A stretch of DNA of 63,995 nt, counting the filler, from an uncultured bacterium (lineage in GTDB: Bacteria; DAOPZR01): assembly GCA_964637655.1 (NCBI GenBank). It is 5 parts of 5 records of this genome, joined end to end, with 100 filler letters (N's around TTAATTAATTAA, not from the genome) between each part and the next. Parts side by side here need not be neighbours in the genome. Positions count along the whole stretch, not along the records: positions 1 to 13,100 come from CAZWUZ010000087.1; positions 13,201 to 26,222 come from CAZWUZ010000088.1; 3 more parts are not named here. One strand, 5' to 3'. The notes under the pieces are model-generated. The model saw only the letters and a program-made list of their open reading frames with translations, was not told the origin of the DNA and made no database searches. A program made the position numbers and the translations under genes. Positions 7,730-18,000 of the stretch are shown here, piece by piece. Every line of letters starts with the position of its first letter. Within the stretch, counting starts at the first letter, position 1.

Positions 7730-9940
7730 ATGCTCACCTCGATACCCGTTTTTGACATGCTCAAGCTCATCAATGCCAGCCACGAATCGCCTGCCGGCGT
7801 GCTGGGCATGCACCGCGTCGAGTATCACGGCAAGTCGTTCCTTGCCGTGCGTGCGCTGCTCCCCGATGCCAGGGAAGTCGCGGTGGTCGACCGCAGCGAC
7901 CCGTCGCGCCGCTACCCGATGGAGCAGTTGCACCGTTGCGGGCTCTTCGAGGCGCTCGTCTGGGACCGTGACAAGCGCTTCAAGTACCAGCTGGCCATGA
8001 CCGACCACTACGGGCAGGAGCACCTGCTCAACGACGTCTATGCCTTCTGGTCGGAGGAACTCTCCGATTTCGACCGCTACCTGTTCAACACCGCGCGCCA
8101 CTACCGGCTCTACGAAAAACTCGGGGCGCACCTCAAGACCGTCGACGGGGTGGCCGGCGTCCACTTCGCCGTCTGGGCGCCCAACGCGAAGCGGGTCAGC
8201 GTGGTCGGCAATTTCAACAACTGGGACGGGCGCCGCCACCAGATGGTGCGCCGCGGCGGGGCCGGCATCTGGGAACTGTTCATCCCCGACATGGTCGCCG
8301 GCGACCTCTACAAGTACGAAATCAAGACGAAGGGAAACCGCATCCTGCTCAAGGCGGACCCGTTCGCCTTCTCCGCCGAAATGCGCCCGGCCACCGCGTC
8401 GCGCGTGGCGACGGTGGCGGGTTATGAGTGGCATGACCGCGAATGGCTCGACCAGCGCGCGCGCGCCGACCTCTACCGCGCCCCGGTCTCCATCTACGAG
8501 GTGCATCTGCCGTCGTGGATGCGCGGTGACAACAACCGCCTGCTCAACTACCGCGAACTGGCACCGCGCCTCGTCGAGTACGTGCAGCAGAACCACTTCA
8601 CCCATATCGAACTGATGCCGGTGATGGAGCATCCGCTCGACGCCTCGTGGGGCTATCAGGTGACGGGCTACTTCGCGCCGACCAGCCGCCTCGGCACCCC
8701 GCACGACTTCATGTTCTTCGTCGATTACTGCCACCAGCACGGCATCGGGGTCATCCTCGACTGGGTCCCCGCGCACTTCCCCAAGGACGCGCACGGGCTG
8801 GCGCGCTTTGACGGGACCGCGCTCTATGAGCATGAGGACCCGCGCCTGGGCGAGCATCCCGACTGGGGGACCAAGATCTTCAACTACGGGCGCTACGAGG
8901 TGGCCAACTTCCTGATTTCCAGCGCGCTCTTCTGGCTCGACAAGTACCACATCGACGGGCTGCGCGTCGACGCCGTGGCCTCGATGCTCTACCTCGACTA
9001 CTCGCGCAAGGCGGGACAGTGGGTGCCCAACAAATACGGCGGGCGGGAGAACCTCGAGGCGATCGAGTTCCTCAAGCACCTCAACAGCATCGCCTACCAG
9101 TATTACCCGGGGATTACCATGATCGCCGAGGAATCGACCGCGTGGCCGGGGGTGAGCAAGCCGGCGTGGGCGGGCGGGCTCGGGTTCGGCTTCAAGTGGA
9201 ACATGGGGTGGATGAACGACACGCTCGTCTACCTCGAGAAGGAGCCGATCCACCGCAAGTTCCATCATTCCAACCTGACCTTCTCGCTGCTCTACGCCTA
9301 CACCGAGAATTTCATCCTGCCGTTCTCGCACGACGAGGTGGTGCACGGCAAGAAGTCGATGATCAACAAGCTGCCGGGCGACCGCTGGCAGCAGTTTGCC
9401 GGCCTGCGCGCGCTCTACACCTACTACTTCGGGCACCCGGGCAAGAAGATGCTGTTTATGGGGAGCGAGTTCGGGATGTTCAACGAGTGGCGCGAGACGA
9501 AATCGCTCGACTGGCACCTGCTGCAGTACGACTGGCACCAGCAGCTGCAATTGTGCGTGCGCGATCTCAACCGCCTCTACCGCGAGGAGCCGGCGCTGCA
9601 CCGCCACGACCATAGCGGGCGCGGCTTCGAGTGGCTCAACTGCGACGATTACAACAATTCCACCTTCAGCTTCGTGCGCAAGGGGGATGACGAGGACGAT
9701 TTCCTCGTCATCGTCGTCAACTTCACCCCGGTGCCGCGCCGCGGCTACACCATCGGCGTGCCGCAGCGCGTGGCCTTCCGCGAGATCTTCAACAGCGACG
9801 CCGAATGTTACCACGGCTCCAACGTCGGCAATCCCGGGACGCTGCAGCCTAACAGCTACGGCGCCAATGGCAAACCGCAGTCGCTGACCGTCAACGTGCC
9901 ACCGCTGGGAGGCATCATCCTCAAACCCGTGCGTGGCTGA
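7730..9940 (+). CDS. glgB: 1,4-alpha-glucan branching enzyme
   Basis: FAVWAPNA, SIYEVHLPSW, SWGYQVTGYFAP, LDWVPAHF, RVDAVASMLY, AEESTAWP, SHDEVVHGK. Confidence 0.98.
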   Translation: MLTSIPVFDMLKLINASHESPAGVLGMHRVEYHGKSFLAVRALLPDAREVAVVDRSDPSRRYPMEQLHRCGLFEALVWDRDKRFKYQLAMTDHYGQEHLLNDVYAFWSEELSDFDRYLFNTARHYRLYEKLGAHLKTVDGVAGVHFAVWAPNAKRVSVVGNFNNWDGRRHQMVRRGGAGIWELFIPDMVAGDLYKYEIKTKGNRILLKADPFAFSAEMRPATASRVATVAGYEWHDREWLDQRARADLYRAPVSIYEVHLPSWMRGDNNRLLNYRELAPRLVEYVQQNHFTHIELMPVMEHPLDASWGYQVTGYFAPTSRLGTPHDFMFFVDYCHQHGIGVILDWVPAHFPKDAHGLARFDGTALYEHEDPRLGEHPDWGTKIFNYGRYEVANFLISSALFWLDKYHIDGLRVDAVASMLYLDYSRKAGQWVPNKYGGRENLEAIEFLKHLNSIAYQYYPGITMIAEESTAWPGVSKPAWAGGLGFGFKWNMGWMNDTLVYLEKEPIHRKFHHSNLTFSLLYAYTENFILPFSHDEVVHGKKSMINKLPGDRWQQFAGLRALYTYYFGHPGKKMLFMGSEFGMFNEWRETKSLDWHLLQYDWHQQLQLCVRDLNRLYREEPALHRHDHSGRGFEWLNCDDYNNSTFSFVRKGDDEDDFLVIVVNFTPVPRRGYTIGVPQRVAFREIFNSDAECYHGSNVGNPGTLQPNSYGANGKPQSLTVNVPPLGGIILKPVRG

Positions 9941-9949
9941 AAGACGACC

Positions 9950-10651
9950 ATGAGCGAGACGACCGTCCTGCTGATCGAGCCGTGTGATGCCCTGCATGCG
10001 GTGCTGGCCTACAACCTGCAGAAGCGCCGCTACCTGGTGGTGCGTGCGGCAACCGCGGCGGCGGCGCGCGAGTATTTCCAAAGCCGGCAGCCGGCCGACC
10101 TCGTTCTGCTCAACACGGAACTGCCCGATGCCGACGGCACGGCGTATGCCGCGACCCTGAACAAGGCGCACAGCAACCTGCCGGTCATCCTGCTGGCACC
10201 GGTGCTGACGCGGGAGCAGGTGCTGCGCGTGTCGCAGGCGCGCTGCAACGGCATTATCGCGCTGCCGTGCACCCTCGACGACCTGTTCGACAAGCTCAAC
10301 GAGGTGCTGCATGCCGATACCGCCTGCGCGCCGCTGGTTATCGGCAGGTACGACGTGCTGGTGCTGCGCGGTAACCTGGCGGCCGACTTTTCCCCGCGCC
10401 TGAAGAGCATGCTCGGTACGGTACTGGCCTCCGAGCGCACTTCGCTGGTCCTCGACATGACTGAAGTGGGGTTTCTTGCCCACCAGAACATCGTCGTGCT
10501 GACTACCGCGGCGTGCCGTGCCCGCAAGTGCGGCAAGACCGTCGCCCTGGCCGGGGCGAACGCGGACATCATCAAGATGCTGGAGAAGGCAGGTACCCTG
10601 AAGGTGTTCCGCCAGTGTCCCAACCGCGCTGAGGCACTGCGCGGCGCCTGA
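9950..10651 (+). CDS. Atypical receiver domain + STAS domain protein
   Basis: REC-like N-half (VLLIE, DLVLLNTELPDADG, LPVILL); STAS-like C-half (LRGNL, LVLDMTEVGFL). Confidence 0.7.
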   Translation: MSETTVLLIEPCDALHAVLAYNLQKRRYLVVRAATAAAAREYFQSRQPADLVLLNTELPDADGTAYAATLNKAHSNLPVILLAPVLTREQVLRVSQARCNGIIALPCTLDDLFDKLNEVLHADTACAPLVIGRYDVLVLRGNLAADFSPRLKSMLGTVLASERTSLVLDMTEVGFLAHQNIVVLTTAACRARKCGKTVALAGANADIIKMLEKAGTLKVFRQCPNRAEALRGA

Positions 10652-10826
10652 TGCGTGTCGGGCGCCTGCGTTCCGGCAGCATATCCGTTTTCTGCGCCGG
10701 TATCGCGCGCTGCCGACACTGTCGGTATCCGGACGTCGGCTGTTCGGCGTTCCCCGGCGTCACGGCAGGTATGGTGAAAACTGGCAATGGCGGCATTCCG
10801 TGCTGCACCCTGAAAAGGTGGGGATA

Positions 10827-12026
10827 ATGGACGTGCACGGCACAATCCCGCGCAGCGAACTCGAGGCGCGGCTGGCGCGTTTCCGAGCCGTGCTGACGGC
10901 AGAACAGCCGCAGTGGCAAGTGGCGGTAATCTTCAGTCGCATCAGCCAGTACTATTTCACCGGCACGCTGCAGGACGGGGTGCTGCTTATCCCGCGCGAC
11001 GGCACGGCGCGCTACTTCGTGCGGCGCAGTTTCGAGCGCGCGCTTACGGAATCGGAATTTCCGGATATCCTGCCGATGCAGAGCTACCGCGATGCCGCCG
11101 CGGTATTCGGCGCCACGCCGGACGCCATTCACGTCGAGACGGAGGCAGTGCCGCTCGCCATGCTGCAGCGCTTCCAGAAACATTTTCCCGCGCGCACCGT
11201 GCTTGCCTGCGACCTGGCCATGGCTAAAACGCGGGCGGTGAAAGGCGCGTACGAACTGGCCTGCCTCGAACGCGCGGGCATTATCCATCGCGAACTGCTC
11301 GAAGAAGAAGTGCCGCGCCTGCTGCGCGAAGGGATGAACGAGGCGGAGCTCGGGACGGCGATCTACGCGCAGCTGGTCAGCCGCGGGCACCAGGGGGTGA
11401 TCCGTTTCGGCATGTTCCAGGTGGAGGCGATGCTCGGGCAGATCGGTTTCGGCGACAGTTCGCTCTACCCGACCGCGTTCGACGGGCCGGGGGGCTGCCG
11501 TGGCATCTGCGCGGCGGCACCGGTCATCGGCAGCACGGAGCGCACTCTGCGTCCGGGTGACCTGGTCTTCGTCGATATCGGCTGCGGCTACCAGGGCTAT
11601 CAGACCGACAAAACGATGACCTATGTGTTCAGGGGAACGCTGTCTGACGATGCGGTTGCTGCACACCGCCGCTGTGTGGAACTGGAACTGCAGACAGCGG
11701 CTATGCTTCGTCCGGGCGCCATTCCCGAGGATATCTACCGCACGGTCATGGGCTCGCTGTCAGTGGAGTTCAGGGAGAACTTCATGGGGTTTGGTAACCG
11801 CACGGTGAACTTCCTCGGGCACGGGACGGGCTTGCATGTCGACGAGTACCCGGTCATCGCCGAAAAGTTCAAGGAGCCGCTCGAGGAAAACATGGTCATC
11901 GCGCTGGAACCGAAGAAGGGCATCCCCGGTGTCGGTTTAGTGGGGAGCGAAAACACGTATGTCGTCACGCCGCAGGGTGGTCGTTCGCTTACCGGCGTCC
12001 ACCCCGGCCTCATGCCAGTCGGCTGA
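10827..12026 (+). CDS. Xaa-Pro peptidase (M24 family)
   Basis: DLVFVDIG, YQTDKT, GHGTGLHVDEYP, ALEPK and GSENT metal motifs. Confidence 0.92.
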   Translation: MDVHGTIPRSELEARLARFRAVLTAEQPQWQVAVIFSRISQYYFTGTLQDGVLLIPRDGTARYFVRRSFERALTESEFPDILPMQSYRDAAAVFGATPDAIHVETEAVPLAMLQRFQKHFPARTVLACDLAMAKTRAVKGAYELACLERAGIIHRELLEEEVPRLLREGMNEAELGTAIYAQLVSRGHQGVIRFGMFQVEAMLGQIGFGDSSLYPTAFDGPGGCRGICAAAPVIGSTERTLRPGDLVFVDIGCGYQGYQTDKTMTYVFRGTLSDDAVAAHRRCVELELQTAAMLRPGAIPEDIYRTVMGSLSVEFRENFMGFGNRTVNFLGHGTGLHVDEYPVIAEKFKEPLEENMVIALEPKKGIPGVGLVGSENTYVVTPQGGRSLTGVHPGLMPVG

Positions 12027-12078
12027 GTGGTCCGCGCGCCACTATTACGGTTGTTGTTTTTAGTCGAAACTTAAAAAG

Positions 12079-12106
12079 TGGTGGAGGCGAGGGGAGTCGA
12101 ACCCCT
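12079..12106 (-). mobile_element. Displaced tmRNA (ssrA)-like 3' fragment; att site at a genomic island edge
   Basis: Minus strand AGGGGTTCGACTCCCCTCGCCTCCACCA gives a T-arm, acceptor 3' strand and CCA with no 5' half. GC falls abruptly, and TGGGGCAT direct repeats sit at 12165 and 12176. Confidence 0.75.
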
Positions 12107-12236
12107 TCAATAATAATCACTAAAGCTTTATTGCCAGTCGGTTATATTGCCAAAGGCATTTTTGTGGGGCATTTATGGGGCATCTGACGTACTGATGAGC
12201 GACGATTACAGATCGCGTAATAATCACTATCCCTAC

Positions 12237-12294
12237 GATTAGCGTTCTGCGTTGAGCCGCGCCAGCGGCGAAGCGCAGCAACGCGAAGTTAAGC
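12237..12294 (-). mobile_element. Degenerate attC-like site
   Basis: R'' GCTTAAC, L'' GTTG.., L' GGCTCAAC, R' GCTAATC (GTT changed to GCT). Confidence 0.55.
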
Positions 12295-12419
12295 AGGTTC
12301 ATTGTACAATTTATCTGACCGCCGGGACAACCTGGCTGCTGGGTTCTGAAGGGAAGCAGTTCCCCTTGGTGAGCTTTTGATTTGTCTCGGTTCCGACTTT
12401 ATCAGATCAGGATTTGACC

Positions 12420-13028
12420 TCATAAGTTTCCGGCTCCGATTCTATCGGGTTCGATCATCATTATTGTGAGCGTATTTGATTTATACGAAACCGCATGCTG
12501 AATATAATTTCCAGAAAGATCCAGTTCAAAAATAGGGTTGGCATATTCGGCTGTAATGCGATATGTTCCAGATCGTACCACTGCAGGAGACTGGAAGTGC
12601 ACAGGATTCCCTGTATTCCAATAGTAGTTCTCCGGGACTCCATACAAATCATTTCTGGAGCTTTCCAACACAATATTTACCCCGAGATAATACTTAGGAT
12701 ATATTCCGAATGCGGGTTTTGGCCAATCGACGGGCAAGTCCCCCCAAAGAATTCTCGGAAAAAATGAAATCGAAGAATCAAAAATGTTTTCAACATACAC
12801 TTGTATTCCGCCTGGAAAACCACGCCCAAAATCAGGCAAAGAGATGTACGTGTCGCCGTAATTATGTAATTCGACACTGATAGGAATGGGGGCACCGATG
12901 TTATAGCTTGTGGTTTCCGAAACAATACGAAGTTCAAGTTGATCGGCTATATTTTGCCCCTGAACAGAGATGGAAAGAAAAACGCTTGTAAAAATTACAC
13001 TCAGAATCACAATTATGATTTTCTTCAT
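12420..13028 (-). CDS. Low-GC secreted hypothetical protein (Ig-like), probable integron cassette gene
   Basis: Signal peptide MKKIIIVILSV; GAGG RBS immediately after the attC core GTTAAGC; AT-rich codon usage. Confidence 0.75.
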   Translation of the reverse strand: MKKIIIVILSVIFTSVFLSISVQGQNIADQLELRIVSETTSYNIGAPIPISVELHNYGDTYISLPDFGRGFPGGIQVYVENIFDSSISFFPRILWGDLPVDWPKPAFGIYPKYYLGVNIVLESSRNDLYGVPENYYWNTGNPVHFQSPAVVRSGTYRITAEYANPIFELDLSGNYIQHAVSYKSNTLTIMMIEPDRIGAGNL

Positions 13029-13042
13029 AAAAACCTCATTTC

Positions 13043-13092
13043 GCTTAACGACCGGGGCTCCGCAGCGAAGCTGCGGCAGCCCCTTGTTCTGT
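13043..13092 (-). mobile_element. Short attC-like site
   Basis: ACAGAAC-AAGGG-GCT[G]CCGCAGC-TTC-GCTGCGGAGC-CCCGGTC-GTTAAGC: paired L boxes with one extrahelical base and a GTTRRRY core. Confidence 0.65.
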
Positions 13093-13100
13093 TGCAACGC

Positions 13101-13200
13101 NNNNNNNNNNNNNNNNNNNNNNNNNNNNNNNNNNNNNNNNNNNNTTAATTAATTAANNNNNNNNNNNNNNNNNNNNNNNNNNNNNNNNNNNNNNNNNNNN
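13101..13200. other. Artificial contig linker
   Basis: N-run with TTAATTAATTAA six-frame stop. Confidence 0.99.
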
Positions 13201-15090
13201 CGGCTGGTAGGTGTTCCATGCCTGCGCCGTGTTGAGCAGGGTGACGTTCCCCTTTTCGAACAGCAGCGTGTACTGCGCCGCCCCCTCGCGCCACGCCTGG
13301 GTGAAACTGACCCCGAGCAGCGTGCACTCGACCGGCATCCAGACGCGGTCCTCGCGCACGATGTACAGGCCGCGCGCGATATCCGCCTCGGCCACCGTCC
13401 CCTTGGGCAGGCCGCTGTCGAACATCAGGAAGATATGGTCGGGGGTGAGGATGAGCATGGTGGCGATCTGGATGTTCTCCAGGCAGGAGGCGAACAGCGC
13501 CACCATGTCGTCGCAGTCGCCCGTGCGCCGCAGCAGCAGTTCGCGCGGGTGCTGGATGTAATCGACCGCGATCTCCCCGCCCAGCGCCGCCGCGAGCGAG
13601 ATGTTCGGGTCGCGCACGTAGCGGATCTGCGCCGCGCCGAGCGCGTCGTACACCTGCATGGCGCGGTAGATGTTCGGGGTCAGGTAGGACGGCACGTGCT
13701 GGTGGCGGCTGACCACGCCGCGCACGAACTCCTGCACCACCTCGTCCTTGGCGTGGATGAAGGCACCGTAGCGCAGCGGTTCCGCCCAGGTGATCGAGTT
13801 GATGCCGTGCAGCGTCAGTTTCTGCGCCACCTCGCGCGTGTTGGTGCGCCGGTCGCTGTCGTAGCGGATGCGCACGCGCGCCTGCACCGCGTCGTCGGCA
13901 CGCACATGCCGCACCTTGTCGTTGAAGACGAGGTGCAGCGGGATGGTGCGGGTCGAGCGCGGCGCCATCTCGATGTCCTGCTCGCTGAACGCGTCCATGT
14001 AGCCGTCGATGATCGTGCCGACCTTGACGGTGAACGGCTCGTCGGCATTGTTCTTGAGGACGATTTCCCCCGCCGGACTGCCGACGTACGACTTGTAGTT
14101 CGAGGCGAACAGGTCGCTGACCGTGACGCGGTCGATGACCACCTGCGCGTCGTAGAAATCGTACATCCACGCCAGCGAGAAACGGTGGGTTGCCGGCAGC
14201 GTCGGGTAGCCCGTGTAGGCGTAATCGCACTGGAAGTTGCGGTAGGCGACTCCCGTCCCCACCGACCAGACCACGCCCTCGTCGCCGTCGAAATCGCGCT
14301 GCAGCCCGCCGCGCAGCGCCACCAGGCCGCTCCACCAGTACTCGGCCCCGAGGTTGTAGCGGTCGTTCATGTCGAACGCCACGGTCAGGTCCTCGTAGGG
14401 CTCCCCCGCCAGCCCGAAGGTCCACTGCGCGTTGGCCACCGTGCTCTGTCCCCCCGCATCATACGTGATGGTCGGGTTGTTGATATCGCGCACGGTCAGC
14501 GCCGCGCGCACCTTGTACTTCCCGAGGAAGCGGTACCAGTCATGGCGGTAAATGTCGCGCAGCCAGGCGCTGCGGTAGGCGTCGTCACTCTCGTCGCGGT
14601 CGCTGAAGGCGTAGAGCAGCCCGGCGTCGAAACCCCAGCCGGTGCCGCTGCCGACGCTGCGGTTGTCCAGTTTCACGTCGTGGCTGTAGTAGCGCGCCCC
14701 CACCCCCGCGCTCATGTCGCGCAGGAAGCGGTAGCCGAAGGCGAAGGTCATGCGGTCATCGTGGAAAAAGAGTTCGTTGTCGTCAAACGCCACCCGCGAC
14801 CAGTCGAAACCGAACCCCGCATGTTCCCCCCACGGCGACGCATAGACGAGGTACGAGTTCTTCAGGTCGAGCCCGTAGAGATCACCGTACATCGTGTTCA
14901 GTTCCTTGTGGGTCAGGTAGGCGAGCGACGCCGCGTTCCACTGCAGGCAGTTGGCGTCGCCGGGCACCGCGCTGAACGCCTCGCCCATCCCCAGCGGACG
15001 GGCGCCAACGGGAATGCCGTCATAGGCAGCCGCAGGCAGGGCGACCGCACCCAGCATGAAGACGGCGCACAGCAGGCGGAGCGGGCTCAT
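13201..15090 (-). CDS. PorV/PorQ-like outer-membrane beta-barrel fused to a transglutaminase-like domain (3' end cut by contig)
   Basis: Signal peptide; GARPLGMGEAFSAV..D...LQWNAA.L and THRFSL barrel motifs; C-terminal GDCDD, DHIFLMFD and WMPVECT. Confidence 0.75.
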
Positions 15091-18000
15091 TTGTTCATCA
15101 GGTAGACGAGTTTGGTTTCCTTCGTCCCCCCCGCCGCGATGCTGATGATATAGGCGCCGTTGGCGACATACTCGCCCTCCTCATCGCGCCCGTCCCACTG
15201 CACCACGTTGCTCCCCGCCGGATAGGTAACGTTGCGCACGATTTCCCGCGCCATGCGCCCGCTGAGCGCGTAGGCCTTGATGGTGACGGCCTCGGGCGCC
15301 CCGAGCGTGAACGAGATATCGAGGTGGTCGGAGAAACCGCTCCCCGACGGGGTGAAAACGCGGGGCTGGGCATTGACCCGCGACAGGCCCGCCGTTGCCG
15401 CCCCCGCCCCCGAGCGGTCGTCCATGATGGCATACTGGCGGAAATCAGTTACTGCCGTGGTCAGCGTGCGGGCCGCCGTGTTGAGCGTGCCGCCGACCTT
15501 CTCCCACGTGCTCGTCGCGGTGTTCCAGCCGTAGAGGGCGAACGACGCCGGCTGGTAGCCGACCTCCTCCGCCGCCGTCCATTTCATGGTCAGCGTCCCC
15601 GGCTTGGCCAGGGTCGTGTTGGCGGGGTAGAGGTCGTAGCCGACCCCGATGGCGGTGATGTTTGCCGGTGCCGGGTCGCTCACCGCGCTCATGCGGGTAA
15701 CCGTGACCACCGTCGCCGCGTTGAGCGCGTTGGGCGGCAGGTAGAGCGAACCGTTCCTGTCGGTGCTCGTCACCGTGTTCTGCACTGCCGGGTCGAGCGC
15801 CTGGTTGTTGACCGCGATGACGCGTTTCGTCCAGGTCGAATAGAAGCCTGCGCCGTCGAGCAGGCGCGCGCGCAGCCAGACCATGCTGTCCTTCCCCGAG
15901 GCGGGGAGCGTCTGCCAGCGGAAGGTGTAGGGGGTGGTGGTATCGGGGTTGCTCCCCGAATCGGCCACGCAGGCGATATAGGCGCCGTTATCCCCATCCG
16001 TCGAGTCGAGCGAGTACTGCCATTCGACCTGCGCCACCCCGTCGCTGTCGCTCGCGGTGACGGTGACGTCAACGATGCCGCCGACCTCTTCGCCCGCCGC
16101 CGGGGCGGTGAAGGTGACGCCCCCGCCCTGCGGGATGTTGACCACGATATACTCGTCGTTGCGGTTGCTGCCGTCGCTGGTCCGCAGACGCAGGGTGTAG
16201 TTGCCCGCGCTCAGTTGCGACACGTCCCACGCCTGCAGCAGCGAATTGCTGACATTGGCCGCCCCCGCGCTGCCGATGGTGGTGAACGCCCCCTGCGCAG
16301 GATACTTCCCCGCGGCATAGGCGAGCGTCCACGCGGAAATGTTTTCGTAGTCGATCGCGCTGCCGAGCACCGCGACATTGCCGGCCGTGAGCACCGCCCC
16401 GTGCCGCGGCGAACTGATGCGCGCTTCGGGGCTTTTCTTGTTGTAGCGGCAGATCCCGTTCTTGGCGCCGAAATAGACGTAGTTGCCGTCGACGTCAATG
16501 CCGTAGATGTAGTTCTCGATCAGGCCGCTGCCGGTCTTGATGTTGCGCCAGGACGCTCCGTCGTTGCTCGTGTAGGTGACCCCGCCGTTGCTGCTGCTCC
16601 CCACCCAGACCGTCTCGCCGTCGATGCGCAGGCAGTAGTTGTTGTTGGTGTCAAAGCCGTTGGCGGTGGTATAGGTCGTCCAGGTGGTGTAGGGGGGCGC
16701 CGCCTTGGCCACACCGCCGCGGGTCGCGATCCAGACCGTATCCATGGTGATGGCGACATCGTAGACGTAAACATCGGGCAGCCCGGCCAGGTAGTTGGTG
16801 AAGGAGGCGCCGCCATTGGTCGAGCGCGCCACCCCGTTGTTGGTCGCCACCCAGACCGTATCACCCTGCGCCGCCACGCCGTTGACCGAGTCGCTCCCCA
16901 AACCGTTTCCCACAGTACGCAGCACAGGCCAATTTGTGCCCTTGTCCCTGGATATGTAGAGTCCGTTAGTCGTCCCCACGTAAACAGTATCGCCATCCTG
17001 AATAATACACCGAACGTTTTTACCATCTAGCGCAGCAACCCTATCCCACGTCAAACCTGTCGTTGATTTTGCCATCCCACTAGCGGTGCCAACAAAAACC
17101 CCATCCGCTCCAGCCAGCACTGCCTGACAGTTTGTATCGGGAATTTTCCCGGCAGTATTCTCGGGCGTGAACGTCGTCCATGAAGCGCCGTTGTCCGTCG
17201 ATTTGCTCAGCCCGCCCGGGGTGCATGCCGCCCAGATGATGCTGCTGTAGACATCGACATCATAGGCATTGATGGACCCCTGCAGATTCCAATCGACACC
17301 GGCACGATTTGGCTGTACGTCACCCACCCCGTTGGTGGCCGTGTAGGTCGTCCAGGTCGCCCCATTGTCCACCGAGACGCTTATGCCACCGCCGGCACTG
17401 CCTCCCCAGACGCGCACTCCGTCAATCAACACTGAAAACATGTTGTTGAGCCCATTGACAAATTGATCGTTTGTCCAAGTTGTTCCGGAATCAGTTGAGC
17501 AACTTATCCCACCGCGCCCGGCACCTGAAGGGCTGTCGCTGCATGCCAGCCAAACATATCCCGGCGAAATTGCCACATCGTATACATTGTCGCTGCCGAT
17601 ACCATCAATCCGGTTTTTGTGAACCCAGGTAGCACCGTTATCAGTACTTGAATAAACTCCATCACCCCACGTAGCCACAACCAATGTCTGGCCAGAGCGG
17701 GCAATCGAGTAAACTTCCGACGTGATTACCGGGTTGCGAATCCACGTGCCGCCGTAGTTGCTGGTTCCGAACAACCCGATATTCGGGAACGTCCCCGGAT
17801 CGTCCGGGGATGGCGCAGCATACAAGGTATCTCCTGCCCAATAAATTTTATCAAACAGAGCTTGCGCCGCAAGATTATTCCACGTCCCGCCGTTGTTATC
17901 TGTCCAGCGTATTGCACCGGTCGTAGCCGGCGCCATGCCATAAGCGGCAACCCACAATGTATCACTGCTTGCAGTCAGCGATGTGATTACATGGTTAGCA

